Shown one piece after another: positions 21,939-31,761 of a stretch of DNA of 55,131 nt. Source of the stretch: Porphyrobacter sp. (GTDB taxonomy: Bacteria > Pseudomonadota > Alphaproteobacteria > Sphingomonadales > Sphingomonadaceae). Numbering within the stretch: the first letter of the stretch is position 1; the number at the start of each line of letters is the position of its first letter. Below the pieces are notes generated by a model. The model did not search any database and was not told the DNA's origin. It worked only from the letters and a program-made list of their open reading frames with translations. Position numbers and translations under genes: made by a program. Where the stretch lies: contig JACESM010000001.1 in assembly GCA_013911835.1 (NCBI GenBank), positions 1 through 55,131 of the forward strand, written 5' to 3'.

Positions 21939-22397
21939 CTATTCCAGGGCCAAGTGCAGGCACTGGTTGAAGTCGGTCAGCACGTAATCGGCGAAGGCCG
22001 GGCCATTCACGAACCCGCGCCGCCGGTAGAGCGCCAGCGCCGGTTCGAAGGCGGGGCCGCTGCCGGTCTCGAGGCTGAGCGTGATCAATCCCCCGGCGCG
22101 GACATGGGCGATGATCGTCTCGAGCAGCGCCGCCGCGATCCCCTGCCGCAGGAAATCGGGGTGGGTGCGCATCGACTTTACCTCCGCCGAACTCGCATCG
22201 AGCCGCTTCAACGCGCCGACCGCAGCGATCCGTCCGTCTACCTCGACCGTCCAGACCGTGACTCCCTCGGCCTGCAATCCGCTGAGATCGAGCGCGAAGC
22301 TGAGGCCGGGGGGTGAGCCCTCGACCATCGCGCGCTGATGGAGGGCGATGAGCGCCTGCACGCGCGTGTCGGCAAGGTCGGCGACAGCAATCTGCAT
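21939..22397 (-). CDS. GNAT N-acetyltransferase (YsnE-like)
   Basis: EVKSMRTHP, RQGIA, SLETGSG, ALYRRRGF. Confidence 0.85.
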   Translation of the reverse strand: MQIAVADLADTRVQALIALHQRAMVEGSPPGLSFALDLSGLQAEGVTVWTVEVDGRIAAVGALKRLDASSAEVKSMRTHPDFLRQGIAAALLETIIAHVRAGGLITLSLETGSGPAFEPALALYRRRGFVNGPAFADYVLTDFNQCLHLALE

Positions 22398-22402
22398 CGG
22401 GC

Positions 22403-23173
22403 CTAGTCCTCGATCATCGCCACCGCGCGGATCCAGCCGGCGCTGGCACGCTCGATCTTGACCGGGAAGCAGCTGACGGTGAAGCCATGGGGCGGCAGCG
22501 ATGCGAGATTGGCGAGTTTCTCGATCTGGTAATAGGGGCGGATGCGCCCGGCCTTGTGGCCCTCCCAGATGATCGCGGGGTCGCGGGTCTCGGCCCAGCG
22601 CTTGGCGGTGTGGCTGAAGGGCGCGTCCCAGCTCCAGGCGTCGGTGCCGACCACCTCGATCCCTTGCGCCGTGAGCCAAAGGGTCGCCTCCGCGCCAAGG
22701 CCGACGCCCTGATCGGTGAAGCCCTCGCTGCCGTAGATGGCGCCGGACTGCACCAGCACGATATCGAGCGGTTGCAGGGTGTAATTGATGCGGGCGAGCG
22801 CCTCCTGCACCTCGGCGGCGCTGACGACATGGCCGTGGGGGAGGTGGGTGAAATCGAGCTTCACCCCGGGACGCAGGAAGCGGTCAAGCGGGGCCTCGTC
22901 GATGCTCGGGGCGGGGGCCGCGCCCTCATCCGTGGTCGAATGGAAGTGCCACGGCGCGTCCATGTGGGTGCCGTTGTGGGTGGAGAGCTCGACGAATTCC
23001 ACCGCCCAGCCTTCGCCATCGGGCAGGTCCTCGCGCTTGAGGCCGGGGAAGAACATCGCAATCTGCTCCCACGTCGTCTCGTGGGTCATATAGGTGACCT
23101 TTGGCCGCATCACCTCGGGATCGGAAATCACATTATTGGTGATCGGGATCGAGAGGTCGATGAAACGGGTCAT
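22403..23173 (-). CDS. Cyclase family metal-dependent hydrolase (kynurenine formamidase-like)
   Basis: IDLS, THNGTHMDAPWH, GTDAWSWD, IEKLANL. Confidence 0.85.
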   Translation of the reverse strand: MTRFIDLSIPITNNVISDPEVMRPKVTYMTHETTWEQIAMFFPGLKREDLPDGEGWAVEFVELSTHNGTHMDAPWHFHSTTDEGAAPAPSIDEAPLDRFLRPGVKLDFTHLPHGHVVSAAEVQEALARINYTLQPLDIVLVQSGAIYGSEGFTDQGVGLGAEATLWLTAQGIEVVGTDAWSWDAPFSHTAKRWAETRDPAIIWEGHKAGRIRPYYQIEKLANLASLPPHGFTVSCFPVKIERASAGWIRAVAMIED

Positions 23174-23220
23174 GGACGCAAGAGTGCGCGCGGCGATGGG
23201 GTGCGTCAATGCCCCTTCAG

Positions 23221-23281
23221 TCCCTCCCCGTCGCGCAGCGATGGGGAGGGGGACCGCCCGCGCATGCGGGTGGTGGAGGGG
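23221..23281. repeat. Palindromic intergenic repeat
   Basis: CCCTCCCCGTCGCGCAGCGATGGGGAGGG hairpin followed by ACCGCCCGCGCATGCGGGTGGT hairpin. Confidence 0.6.
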
Positions 23282-23300
23282 TGAGGCGGTGCGAAGAATT

Positions 23301-23407
23301 GGTTCGCGCCAAGGCGCCAGGGTGGCCAAGAGTTTGTGCCGTGAATGGCGCCCGGTGGGTGCCGACAGCGCCATCATCTTGGCAGCCTTGGCGGCTTGGC
23401 GCGAACC
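23301..23407. repeat. Long inverted repeat built from 9-nt periodic GCCAAG units
   Basis: GGTTCGCGCCAAGGCGCCAGGGTGGCCAAGA ... TCTTGGCAGCCTTGGCGGCTTGGCGCGAACC (about 31-bp arms). Confidence 0.75.
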
Positions 23408-23473
23408 TCATGGAGGCTTGCGGCTGCCCCTTCCGTTACTGCTGCGCAGTGTCACCACCCCGTGGGTAGGGAC

Positions 23474-24592
23474 TTACTGCGAAAGCTCCTCGTCCATGAA
23501 GGCGGCGATGTCGGCGAGGTCGACGTCGCGCGCGACGTAAGCCTCGCCCAATGTGCGCAGCAGGAGGAAGGGCAGGGTGGTGCCTTCGGCCTTCTTGTCG
23601 TGGCGCATGTGGCGGGCCAGCGCGGCCCCGTCGCAGGCGAGGCCGAGGTCGGCGATCCGCGCTGGAAGGCCCGCCGCGGCGATGGCGGCCTCGGCCCGCG
23701 CGGCGTCGTCGCGGGAAATCTCGCCCCGCCGGGCTGAATACTTCGCCGCCAGCACCATGCCGAGCGCGACTGCCTCGCCGTGGAGCAGCCGGTCGGAAAA
23801 GCCCGTCTCCGCCTCGAGCGCATGGCCGAACGTGTGACCGAGGTTGAGGAGCGCGCGCAGGTCTTCCGTCTCGCGTTCGTCGGCGGCGACGATGCGCGCC
23901 TTCATCGCAATGCTGGTGGCGATGGCGTGTTCGAGCGCCGCCGGTTCGCGGGCGAGCACTTTCGCGCCGTTCGCCTCCAGCCAAGCAAAGAACGCCGCAT
24001 CGCCGAGGAGCCCGTATTTCAGCACTTCGGCAAAGCCTGCGCGCATCTCGCGATCGGGCAGGGTGGCGAGCACCAGCGGGTCGATCAGCACCAGCGAAGG
24101 CTGGTGGAAGGCGCCGATCAGGTTTTTCCCCGCGCGCGTGTTGATCGCGGTCTTGCCGCCGACCGAACTGTCGACCTGCGCGAGCAGCGTCGTCGGCAGT
24201 TGCACGAAGCCCACGCCGCGCTTCACCACCGAGCAGGCAAAGCCGACGAGATCGCCTACGACCCCGCCGCCGATGGCAAAGACATGGTCCTTGCGGGTGA
24301 CGCCAAGTGCCAGCAGCCAGTCGCACAGCCGTTCGAGCACGCCCCAGGTCTTGGCGTCCTCGCCCGGTTCGACCACGAACCATTCCGCCGCAAGACCGTG
24401 CGCGGCGAGATGGGCGTCGATCCCGCCTGCAAACAGCCGGTGGGTGTTGGTATCGGCCACAAATGGCACCCCTCGTCCCGGCCCATAGCCGCTGAGGAAC
24501 GGCGCGGCAGCATCGACGAGGCGGCTGAAGAGCCCCTCCTCGATCACCACCTCATAGGCGCGCCCGGCCAGCGCGACGGGAATTACAGCCAT
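23474..24592 (-). CDS. aroB: 3-dehydroquinate synthase
   Basis: GGGVVGDL, PTTLLAQVDSSVGGKT, KNLIGAFHQP, LNLGHTFGHA, LHGEAV. Confidence 0.97.
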   Translation of the reverse strand: MAVIPVALAGRAYEVVIEEGLFSRLVDAAAPFLSGYGPGRGVPFVADTNTHRLFAGGIDAHLAAHGLAAEWFVVEPGEDAKTWGVLERLCDWLLALGVTRKDHVFAIGGGVVGDLVGFACSVVKRGVGFVQLPTTLLAQVDSSVGGKTAINTRAGKNLIGAFHQPSLVLIDPLVLATLPDREMRAGFAEVLKYGLLGDAAFFAWLEANGAKVLAREPAALEHAIATSIAMKARIVAADERETEDLRALLNLGHTFGHALEAETGFSDRLLHGEAVALGMVLAAKYSARRGEISRDDAARAEAAIAAAGLPARIADLGLACDGAALARHMRHDKKAEGTTLPFLLLRTLGEAYVARDVDLADIAAFMDEELSQ

Positions 24593-25152
24593 TGATCAAT
24601 CGCCTCGATGATCGCGCGCGCGGTGTCGGCGTGGGGGCCGTTCTCGCTACGCACGCGGATATGCGCCTGCCCGTAGAAGGGCGCCCGTTCGCGCGCCAGT
24701 CGGGTCAGGATCTCGCGCGGGTCGCCTTGCTTCAAGAGCGGACGGTTGCCGCGGCGCGATGTGCGTTCGACCAGCGTGTCGATATCGCAATCGATCCACA
24801 CCGCGATGCCTTGCTCCAGCACCGCCGCGCGGGTCTGCGGATCGATGAAGGCGCCGCCGCCGGTGGCGATGACGCCGTGACCCTCGCCCAGCAGGCGGGC
24901 GATCACGCGCCGCTCGCCGTCGCGGAAGTGGGCCTCGCCGAAGGCCTCGAAGATCTCGGGGATCGAGCGCTGGGCGGCGGCGGCAATGGCATCATCGGCA
25001 TCGACGAAGTCGCGCCCGAGCATAGCGGCAAGCTTCCGGCCGACGGTCGATTTGCCCACGCCCATCAGCCCGACCAGCACCACCGGTCGGTCGATACGAG
25101 CGGCGATGGCGGCGATATCGCGATCATGGGGGGAGGGGCACGCGGCGGACAT
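24583..25152 (-). CDS. aroK: Shikimate kinase
   Basis: LVGLMGVGKST P-loop, GEAHFRDGE, ATGGG, RPLL; start placed at MSAAC. Confidence 0.93.
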   Translation of the reverse strand: MSAACPSPHDRDIAAIAARIDRPVVLVGLMGVGKSTVGRKLAAMLGRDFVDADDAIAAAAQRSIPEIFEAFGEAHFRDGERRVIARLLGEGHGVIATGGGAFIDPQTRAAVLEQGIAVWIDCDIDTLVERTSRRGNRPLLKQGDPREILTRLARERAPFYGQAHIRVRSENGPHADTARAIIEAIDQWL

Positions 25153-25190
25153 TGCCGCAAGGCCTATAGATGGGCTAGGGCACGCGCAAT

Positions 25191-25385
25191 ATGGCAAACT
25201 TGCGGCAAGAGCGTCTGACCCCTGGCGGTTTCGAGCAGGCTCCCCCTGAGCGGGGCTGGCGGCGCTGGCCGTGGGTGGCAGGGCTGGCGGTGCTCGGCCT
25301 CGCTGGGCTGGCATGGTTCGACGGCGGAGAGGAATCGCTCCGCCCGATCGCCGAGGAAGTGTCGCTTCCGGAGCAGGGACAATGA
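25191..25385 (+). CDS. Small single-TM hypothetical protein
   Basis: One TM, WFDGGEE motif, ATGA coupling to the next gene. Confidence 0.65.
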   Translation: MANLRQERLTPGGFEQAPPERGWRRWPWVAGLAVLGLAGLAWFDGGEESLRPIAEEVSLPEQGQ

Positions 25386-27301
25386 AACGCGGGCGCGGGC
25401 ACTTTACGGCGAGCGTACTCGCCATTGGTGTGGCTGGCGCGCTGGGCGGCGCGGGCCTTGCCGGGCTGGCGCTGGCGCAGGGCAAGCCCGAATCGCTGCT
25501 CCCGCCAGGTTTCGATGATCCCGCGCCTGCGCCGAGCCCGCGCCCGACGACGGGCCCCCGCCCCGGACAGGCTCCGCCCGCGCAGCCGGGCCAGCCGCCC
25601 GCCGTCCAGCCGGGCGCGCCGCCCGTGCCCGGCACCGCTGTCGATCCCGCCAGCCTCCCGCCGCTCCCTGCGATCAGCCGCGATGACCTCGCCCGCCTGC
25701 CGAGCCTTGAGGAACTGGAGAACATGTCGACCGAGGAGCTCGACCAGCTGCTCGGCCTTACCCCGAAGAGCGACATTCCGGCCGGTGCGCAGCGGGCGCT
25801 GACCCGCGTCGGTGTGCTGGCGGTGGAGGAAGGGGGCTTGCCGCCGATGGCGCTGGCGAACCAGTCGGACAAGCTGGTGCGCGCCGCGCTCAATGGCACG
25901 CAGGGCCCGCTGGTGTCGCGCTGGGGGCACATCCTGCTGCGCCGTGCGCTGGCGAGCCGCCTTGCTGCGCCGCTGGGCATGGACCCGGTCGAATTCGCCG
26001 CGCTGCGGGTCGGTGTGCTCAACCGCATGGGCGAATTCGCGCTGACGCGGGCGGTGGTGCAGGACATCGACACTGCCAACTGGTCGCCCGCGCTGACGCA
26101 GGAGGCGCTTGGCGCCTATCTGGCGAGCGGCGACATCACCGGCGCGTGCCCGGCGGTGCGCCTGCAAGGCTCGCAGCGGCAGGACGGCGAGTGGGTGATG
26201 TGGCAGGCGATCTGCAACGCCTATGCGGGCGAGACCGCGCTCGCCGCGACCCAGCTCGACCGTGCGCTGTTCCGGGGCGCCGCGCCGCGGGTCGACGTGC
26301 TGCTGGCGCGGCGCTTTGCGGGGGCGGCCGGGCGCGCGCAGCGCGGCGTCAATATCGAGTGGCAGGGGGTCGACGATCTCAACCCCTGGCGCTTCGGCCT
26401 TGCCAATGCGGTGGGCGAGCCGCTGCCCGAGGGGCTGCTGGACGCGGCGCTGAAGGCGCGCGGCGGGGCCTATTATGCGCGCAGCGGCGCCTTGCTGCCG
26501 ATGCTCCCTGCCGCCCAGCGCGCGCCCTTTGCGGGACGCGCCGCGCGCGAAGGGATCCTGTCGGCCGATGCGATGGTCGATCTCTATTCCGAGGTTCAGT
26601 CCGATTCCGCCGCGAGCGGCGATGCCAAGGCCCATGCCACGGCGCTGCGCGAGGCCTATATCGCCGCCGATCCGGCCGAGCGCATCGCCGCGATGCAGCG
26701 CCTGTGGGCAGACGGGGCGAAGCTGGGGGGCGGGGACGGTTACGGTGCGCGGGTGCTCACCGCCTATGCCGCCGCGCGCATTCCGGCGAGCGCCGATCAC
26801 GCAGGCGCGGCGGGCGATCTGATCGCCGCCATGCTCGCCGCCGGGCTCGATCGCAATGCGGGCCGCTGGGCGAATGTGGTCGAGGAGGGATCACTAGGCT
26901 GGGCCCTGATCACGCTGAGTGCAGCCAACGCCGGCGCCGTGGGCCAGGGCCCGGTCGAAAGCTTCATGGGCGACGACAGCAGCGAAGGGCAGCGCAAATC
27001 CGCCTTCCTCGTCGCCGGGCTGACCGGGATCGGGCGATTGACGGAAGGCGATGCGAACGCGCTCGCAGGCGATCTCGGTTTCGATCTTGCGCGCCAGACC
27101 CGCTGGACCTCGGCCATTGCGCGCGCGGCCGAGGTCGGCAATCCGGCGCTGGTGGCGATGCTGGCGGGGCTGGGGATGCAGGGGAACAGCTGGTCGCAGA
27201 TGACCCCGCTCCACCTCTACCACATCACCGCCGCGCTGACCCGCGTGGGGATGGTGGCAGAAGCCCGGATGATCGCCGCCGAGGCGGTGGCGCGGGGCTG
27301 A
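25382..27301 (+). CDS. Exported Ala-rich hypothetical protein upstream of xerD
   Basis: Signal peptide, PESLLPPGF, Pro-rich linker, helical body; TGATG coupling to xerD. Confidence 0.8.
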   Translation: MKRGRGHFTASVLAIGVAGALGGAGLAGLALAQGKPESLLPPGFDDPAPAPSPRPTTGPRPGQAPPAQPGQPPAVQPGAPPVPGTAVDPASLPPLPAISRDDLARLPSLEELENMSTEELDQLLGLTPKSDIPAGAQRALTRVGVLAVEEGGLPPMALANQSDKLVRAALNGTQGPLVSRWGHILLRRALASRLAAPLGMDPVEFAALRVGVLNRMGEFALTRAVVQDIDTANWSPALTQEALGAYLASGDITGACPAVRLQGSQRQDGEWVMWQAICNAYAGETALAATQLDRALFRGAAPRVDVLLARRFAGAAGRAQRGVNIEWQGVDDLNPWRFGLANAVGEPLPEGLLDAALKARGGAYYARSGALLPMLPAAQRAPFAGRAAREGILSADAMVDLYSEVQSDSAASGDAKAHATALREAYIAADPAERIAAMQRLWADGAKLGGGDGYGARVLTAYAAARIPASADHAGAAGDLIAAMLAAGLDRNAGRWANVVEEGSLGWALITLSAANAGAVGQGPVESFMGDDSSEGQRKSAFLVAGLTGIGRLTEGDANALAGDLGFDLARQTRWTSAIARAAEVGNPALVAMLAGLGMQGNSWSQMTPLHLYHITAALTRVGMVAEARMIAAEAVARG

Positions 27302-28182
27302 TGTCGGCGAGCACCGACGCGTTCCTCGCCATGCTGGCGGCGGAGCGCGGGGCGGCGCTCAACACGCTGGCCGCCTACCGCCGCGATCTGGCCCAGGTCG
27401 AGGAAGCGATCGGCGATCTTGCCGCAGCCGATCGCGATTCTGTCGCCAGCCTTGCAGGCGAGTGGTCGGGCCTTGCGCCTGCCAGCGTTGCACGCAAGGC
27501 CTCCGCGCTGCGCCAATTTTTCGGCTTTGCGATCGACGAGGGGTGGCGGGCCGACGATCCCTCGGGTGCGCTCCCCGCGCCGCGCCTGCGCCGCCCGCTG
27601 CCCAAGGTGATGGGGCATGATCAGATCGCGGCCCTGTTCAAGCGCGCCGAGGACGAGGCGGCAAGCGATGATCCCAAGGCGGTTCGGCTGCTGGCCCTGA
27701 TAGAACTGCTCTACGGATCGGGCCTGCGCGCGACCGAGCTGGTCAGCTTGCCGCTTACCGCCGTGCCGCGCGATGCGCCATTTCTGACGGTGACGGGCAA
27801 GGGTGGGGCAACGCGCCTCGTGCCGGTGGGCAGGCGGGCGCTCGAGGCGCTGGCGCGGTGGCAGAGCCTGCGCCCGCAAACACCTCCCTCGCGCTATCTG
27901 TTTCCCTCGGGCAAGACCGGCCACCTCAGCCGCGTCCGCCTGTTCCAGCTGCTGAAGGAACTGGCCGCGCGCGCGGGGCTCGATCCCGCTGGGATCAGCC
28001 CGCACGTGCTGCGCCACGCCTTCGCCACCCACCTGCTGGAGGGCGGCGCGGACCTGCGCGTGCTCCAGACGCTGCTTGGCCATGCCGATATTTCCACCAC
28101 CCAGATCTACACCCATGTCGATGCTGCAAGGCTCGTGGCGCTGGTCAATTCCCGCCATCCGCTTGCAACCCGCACAACATAA
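27301..28182 (+). CDS. xerD: Tyrosine recombinase XerD
   Basis: NTLAAYRRDL, YGSGLRATEL, HVLRHAFATH, LGHADISTTQIYTH; aroK/accA synteny. Confidence 0.9.
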   Translation: MSASTDAFLAMLAAERGAALNTLAAYRRDLAQVEEAIGDLAAADRDSVASLAGEWSGLAPASVARKASALRQFFGFAIDEGWRADDPSGALPAPRLRRPLPKVMGHDQIAALFKRAEDEAASDDPKAVRLLALIELLYGSGLRATELVSLPLTAVPRDAPFLTVTGKGGATRLVPVGRRALEALARWQSLRPQTPPSRYLFPSGKTGHLSRVRLFQLLKELAARAGLDPAGISPHVLRHAFATHLLEGGADLRVLQTLLGHADISTTQIYTHVDAARLVALVNSRHPLATRTT

Positions 28183-28197
28183 GACTAGCCCGCTGCG

Positions 28198-29142
28198 ATG
28201 ATTTCCTACCTCGATTTCGAGAAGCCCGTCGCCGCGCTGGAAGAACGCATCACGCAATTGCGCAGCGTCAACGCGCTGCATGATGTCGATGTCGCGAGCG
28301 AGATCGGCCGGCTTGAGAGCAAGAGCGCCGAGCTGCTCGCCAGCACCTATGCCTCGCTCACTCCGTGGCAGAAAACGCAGGTCGCCCGGCATCCGCAGCG
28401 GCCGCATTTCCATGACTATGTCGCCCACGCTTTCAGCGACTTCATGCCGCTGGGCGGCGACCGGCTCTACGGTGATGACCTTGCGATTATGGGCGGCTTT
28501 GCGCGGCTGGGTGACCGCCGCGTCATGCTGATCGGCCACGAGAAGGGTAACGACACCAAGAGCCGGATCGCGCACAATTTCGGCATGGGCAAGCCCGAGG
28601 GCTATCGCAAGGCGATCCGCCTGATGGAACTGGCCGGACGATTCGGCCTCCCCGTGGTGACGCTGGTCGACACCTCGGGCGCGTTTCCGGGGATCGAGGC
28701 GGAAGAACGCGGCCAGGCCGAAGCCATCGCGCGCGCCACGGAAGCCTGCCTTGCGATTGGCGTGCCGATGGTCGCCGCGATCGTCGGCGAGGGTGGGTCG
28801 GGCGGCGCCGTGGCACTCGCCGGCGCCAACCGCGTGCTGATGATGGAGCACGCGGTCTATTCGGTCATTTCGCCCGAAGGCTGCGCCTCGATCCTGTGGC
28901 GCACCTCCGAAAAGGCGCCCGAGGCGGCGCAGGCGATGAAGGTGACCGCGCAGGATCTGAAGCGCATCAATGTCATCGACCGGATCGTCAAGGAACCCGT
29001 CGGCGGCGCGCAGCGCGATCCTGTGGCCGCGGCGAAGATGCTGGGCGCGGCGCTGGGCGAGGAGGTTGATCTCTTGTCCGGCAAGAGCGCCGATCAACTG
29101 GTCGCCGCGCGCGAAGCCCGCTTCCTCGCCATCGGCGGCTGA
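28198..29142 (+). CDS. accA: Acetyl-CoA carboxylase carboxyltransferase alpha
   Basis: [42 protein letters not shown]. Confidence 0.97.
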   Translation: MISYLDFEKPVAALEERITQLRSVNALHDVDVASEIGRLESKSAELLASTYASLTPWQKTQVARHPQRPHFHDYVAHAFSDFMPLGGDRLYGDDLAIMGGFARLGDRRVMLIGHEKGNDTKSRIAHNFGMGKPEGYRKAIRLMELAGRFGLPVVTLVDTSGAFPGIEAEERGQAEAIARATEACLAIGVPMVAAIVGEGGSGGAVALAGANRVLMMEHAVYSVISPEGCASILWRTSEKAPEAAQAMKVTAQDLKRINVIDRIVKEPVGGAQRDPVAAAKMLGAALGEEVDLLSGKSADQLVAAREARFLAIGG

Positions 29143-29248
29143 CAGGAAATCGCAAGTTAAGGTTTCGTTTGCCACGTCTCTGATGCATGAAGCTTGGCCG
29201 AGACGCTGCGAGATAGCGGCGCGGGGACAGGCGGAAAGGGACGGACAT

Positions 29249-30724
29249 ATGGCACGATTGGCAAGAAAGGCGCTCTCCTTCAGCGTGGCGGCAGTGGCGC
29301 TCGCGGGGTGCGTGGGGGCGGGCGCGAAGATCCCCTCCGCCTCGACACCGATCACCCAGGCCGAAGCCAAGCAGGGCGCGGAGTATCACCCGCAGCTGCT
29401 CGCCGAATTTGGCGGCGCGATGTCGGGCACGCACGCGGCCTATGTCGAACAGGTCGGCAAGAACATCGCGGTGCAATCGGGCCTCGGCAATGCGCGCGAG
29501 AGCTTTACGGTGAGCCTGCTGAACTCGCCGGTGAACAACGCTTTCGCGATCCCCGGCGGCTATATCTACACCACTCGCCAGCTGGTGACGCTGATGAACA
29601 GCGAGGCGGAACTGGCCGCGGTGCTCGGGCACGAGGTCGGCCATGTTGCTGCACGCCATTCGCAGCGGCGTCAGGCGGCGGCGCAGAAGAACACGTTGCT
29701 GGGGTTGGGGGGCGCGATCCTTTCGGGGCTGCTGCTGGGCGATTCGGGGCTGGGGCAGACGCTGTCGCGCGGGTTCCTGCAAGGCTCGCAGCTTTTGACC
29801 TTGCGGTTTTCGCGCAAGCAGGAGCTTCAGGCGGACGGGCTCGGCATCGAATATCTCGGTAAGGCGGGTTATGACCGGCGCGCGATGGGGACGGTGCTGG
29901 CCAGCCTTGCCGCGCAGAACGCGCTCGATGCGCGCCTTGCGGGGCAGAACGCCAGTGTGCCCGAATGGGCCTCGACCCACCCCGATCCGGCCAGCCGCGT
30001 GCAGAGCGCGCTGACGAAGGCCGGCGCGCCGGGGACGAATGCGGTCAGCAATCGCGACACCTTCCTCGCCCGGATCGATGGGCTGCGCTACGGCGACGAC
30101 CCTGCGCAGGGCCTGGTGGAGGGCAGCACCTTCATCCACCCCGAGCTGCGGCTCGCCTTCACCGCGCCCCAGGGCTACTACATGGTCAACGGCACGCGCG
30201 CGGTGAGCATCCAGGGGCAAGGCGGCAAGGCGCAGATGACGACTGCTGCCTATAGCGGCAATCTTGAAGCCTACGTGCGCAGCGCCTTTACCGCGGCGGG
30301 CGGGCAGAACAGCACGCTTGCCCCGCAAACGATCGAGCGCACCACGGTGAACGGCCTTCCCGCCGTCTATGGCACGGCGCGGGTCAACAACGGCAATTCG
30401 CAGGTCGATCTGGTGGTCTTCGCCTATGAGTTCGCGCGCGACAGGGCCTACCACTTCATCACGATCGCTCCCGCTGGCCGGGCTGATTTATTCAACCCGA
30501 TGTTCCAGTCGATGCGGCGAATCACTGCGGCAGAGGCCGGCGCGGTGGTGCCGCGCAAGCTCCAGGTGGTGACCGTGGCGCGCGGCGACACGGTGGCGAG
30601 TCTTTCGCGGCGCATGGCCTATGACACGGCGCAAGAAGAGCGCTTCCGGGTGCTCAACGCGCTGTCCGGCACTGCGACGGTAACGCCCGGCCAGAGGATC
30701 AAGCTGGTCGTGCGCGGGAGCTAG
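29249..30724 (+). CDS. M48 family Zn metalloprotease lipoprotein
   Basis: Lipobox LAGC, NAFAIPGG, HEVGH, ELQAD, STHP; LysM-like C-terminus. Confidence 0.9.
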   Translation: MARLARKALSFSVAAVALAGCVGAGAKIPSASTPITQAEAKQGAEYHPQLLAEFGGAMSGTHAAYVEQVGKNIAVQSGLGNARESFTVSLLNSPVNNAFAIPGGYIYTTRQLVTLMNSEAELAAVLGHEVGHVAARHSQRRQAAAQKNTLLGLGGAILSGLLLGDSGLGQTLSRGFLQGSQLLTLRFSRKQELQADGLGIEYLGKAGYDRRAMGTVLASLAAQNALDARLAGQNASVPEWASTHPDPASRVQSALTKAGAPGTNAVSNRDTFLARIDGLRYGDDPAQGLVEGSTFIHPELRLAFTAPQGYYMVNGTRAVSIQGQGGKAQMTTAAYSGNLEAYVRSAFTAAGGQNSTLAPQTIERTTVNGLPAVYGTARVNNGNSQVDLVVFAYEFARDRAYHFITIAPAGRADLFNPMFQSMRRITAAEAGAVVPRKLQVVTVARGDTVASLSRRMAYDTAQEERFRVLNALSGTATVTPGQRIKLVVRGS

Positions 30725-30765
30725 GGCGAGAGGCCTGCCTCGCGCGCCAGCGCGGTCGCACAACG

Positions 30766-30795
30766 AAAAAACGGCGGGGATCGCTCCCCGCCGTT
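30766..30795 (-). terminator. Intrinsic terminator after pilin 1 (probably bidirectional)
   Basis: AAAAAACGGCGGGGATCGCTCCCCGCCGTT hairpin with U tract on the minus strand. Confidence 0.8.
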
Positions 30796-30820
30796 CGTGT
30801 TTTAGCCTTTGAGCCGTCGC

Positions 30821-30997
30821 TTACGCGGTGGTGCCCTTGGTCATGTTGGTGTTCACGTTCCCGAAGGTGCGCGACAGCGTCGAGCCGACGTTGGTCATGG
30901 CGGTGATCGCGGCGACGGCGATCAGAGCGGCGATGAGGCCGTATTCGATCGCGGTGGCACCCTGTTCGTCACGGACGAGGCTCTTGAAGAAGGTCAT
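30821..30997 (-). CDS. Flp/Tad type IVb pilin, copy 1 (absent from the ORF track)
   Basis: MTFFKSLVRDEQGATAIEYGLIAALIAVAAITAMTNVGSTLSRTFGNVNTNMTKGTTA; G|ATAIEY Flp motif; AGGAG SD. Confidence 0.95.
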   Translation of the reverse strand: MTFFKSLVRDEQGATAIEYGLIAALIAVAAITAMTNVGSTLSRTFGNVNTNMTKGTTA

Positions 30998-31078
30998 GTG
31001 TGGTCTCCTGGCTAGGCAATTGAATTCGATGTTCCCGCCTGGTCAGTGGCGGACGGTCGTAAAATTATCCGACATCAA

Positions 31079-31094
31079 TTGATAAATACCTAAC
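31079..31094. promoter_or_regulatory. CtrA-like box upstream of pilin 1
   Basis: TTGA-N7-CTAAC versus consensus TTAA-N7-TTAAC; same position as before pilin 2. Confidence 0.5.
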
Positions 31095-31415
31095 CGACGG
31101 AAGACTTTTCAGTAACCACAGGTGTTTGCCCAAGTGAAACCATATGCCGACGCGCAAACCCTCGCGATGGCGAGACGGGAGTAAAGAAGAGCGCCTTTAA
31201 TGCTCGCCGTTGCGGCCAATCGCCCTCTTGCGGCAGCTGGTCGGCCTGGCTCGGCGGCGACCGTGCCGGAATGCTGCGCCTGGTGCTCGGGGAAAGGATG
31301 GACAACTTCACCCGGGGCGGTCGCAGAGTGTCCTGCGAATCGGGTGAAGCCTGCAGTTCTGCTTCGGGGGGCAGGTCAACCACCGCGCCCCGAACCGCGC
31401 CGGTCGCGCACAAAG

Positions 31416-31443
31416 AAAAACGGCGGGGATTGCTCCCCGCCGT
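31416..31443 (-). terminator. Intrinsic terminator after pilin 2
   Basis: AAAAACGGCGGGGATTGCTCCCCGCCGT, near-identical to the pilin 1 terminator. Confidence 0.8.
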
Positions 31444-31469
31444 CGATCTTTTTTGCCTGAGGCCGTCGC

Positions 31470-31646
31470 TTACGCGGTGGTGCCCTTGGTCATGTTGGTG
31501 TTCACGTTGGTGAACGTGCCCGACAGGGTCGAGCCGAGGTTGGTCATGGCGGTGATCGCGGCGACGGCGATCAGAGCGGCGATCAGGCCGTATTCGATGG
31601 CGGTGGCGCCCTGTTCGTCGCGGACGAGGTTCTTGAAGAAGGTCAT
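31470..31646 (-). CDS. Flp/Tad type IVb pilin, copy 2
   Basis: MTFFKNLVRDEQGATAIEYGLIAAL...; 54/58 aa identical to copy 1. Confidence 0.95.
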   Translation of the reverse strand: MTFFKNLVRDEQGATAIEYGLIAALIAVAAITAMTNLGSTLSGTFTNVNTNMTKGTTA

Positions 31647-31726
31647 GTCTAGTCTCCTGGTTTGGTCTTCGGTACCCGTGCCCCCCTGTGTCGCGGTGGG
31701 CTGTCGTCGTGATAAGCTGCCAGATA

Positions 31727-31742
31727 TTGAGAAATTCCTAAC
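31727..31742. promoter_or_regulatory. CtrA-like box upstream of pilin 2
   Basis: TTGA-GAAATTC-CTAAC. Confidence 0.5.
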
Positions 31743-31761
31743 TCGGCGATCGATGTGGAAT

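Noticed and set aside
27301-28182. Tyrosine recombinase as a phage or island integrase
   Set aside because: Size, motifs and aroK-xerD-accA context match chromosomal XerD.
31150-31250. c-di-GMP-I riboswitch-like GCAAACC...AAAG near the pilins
   Set aside because: Opposite strand to the pilins, no GNRA loop and no GACGCAAAG junction.
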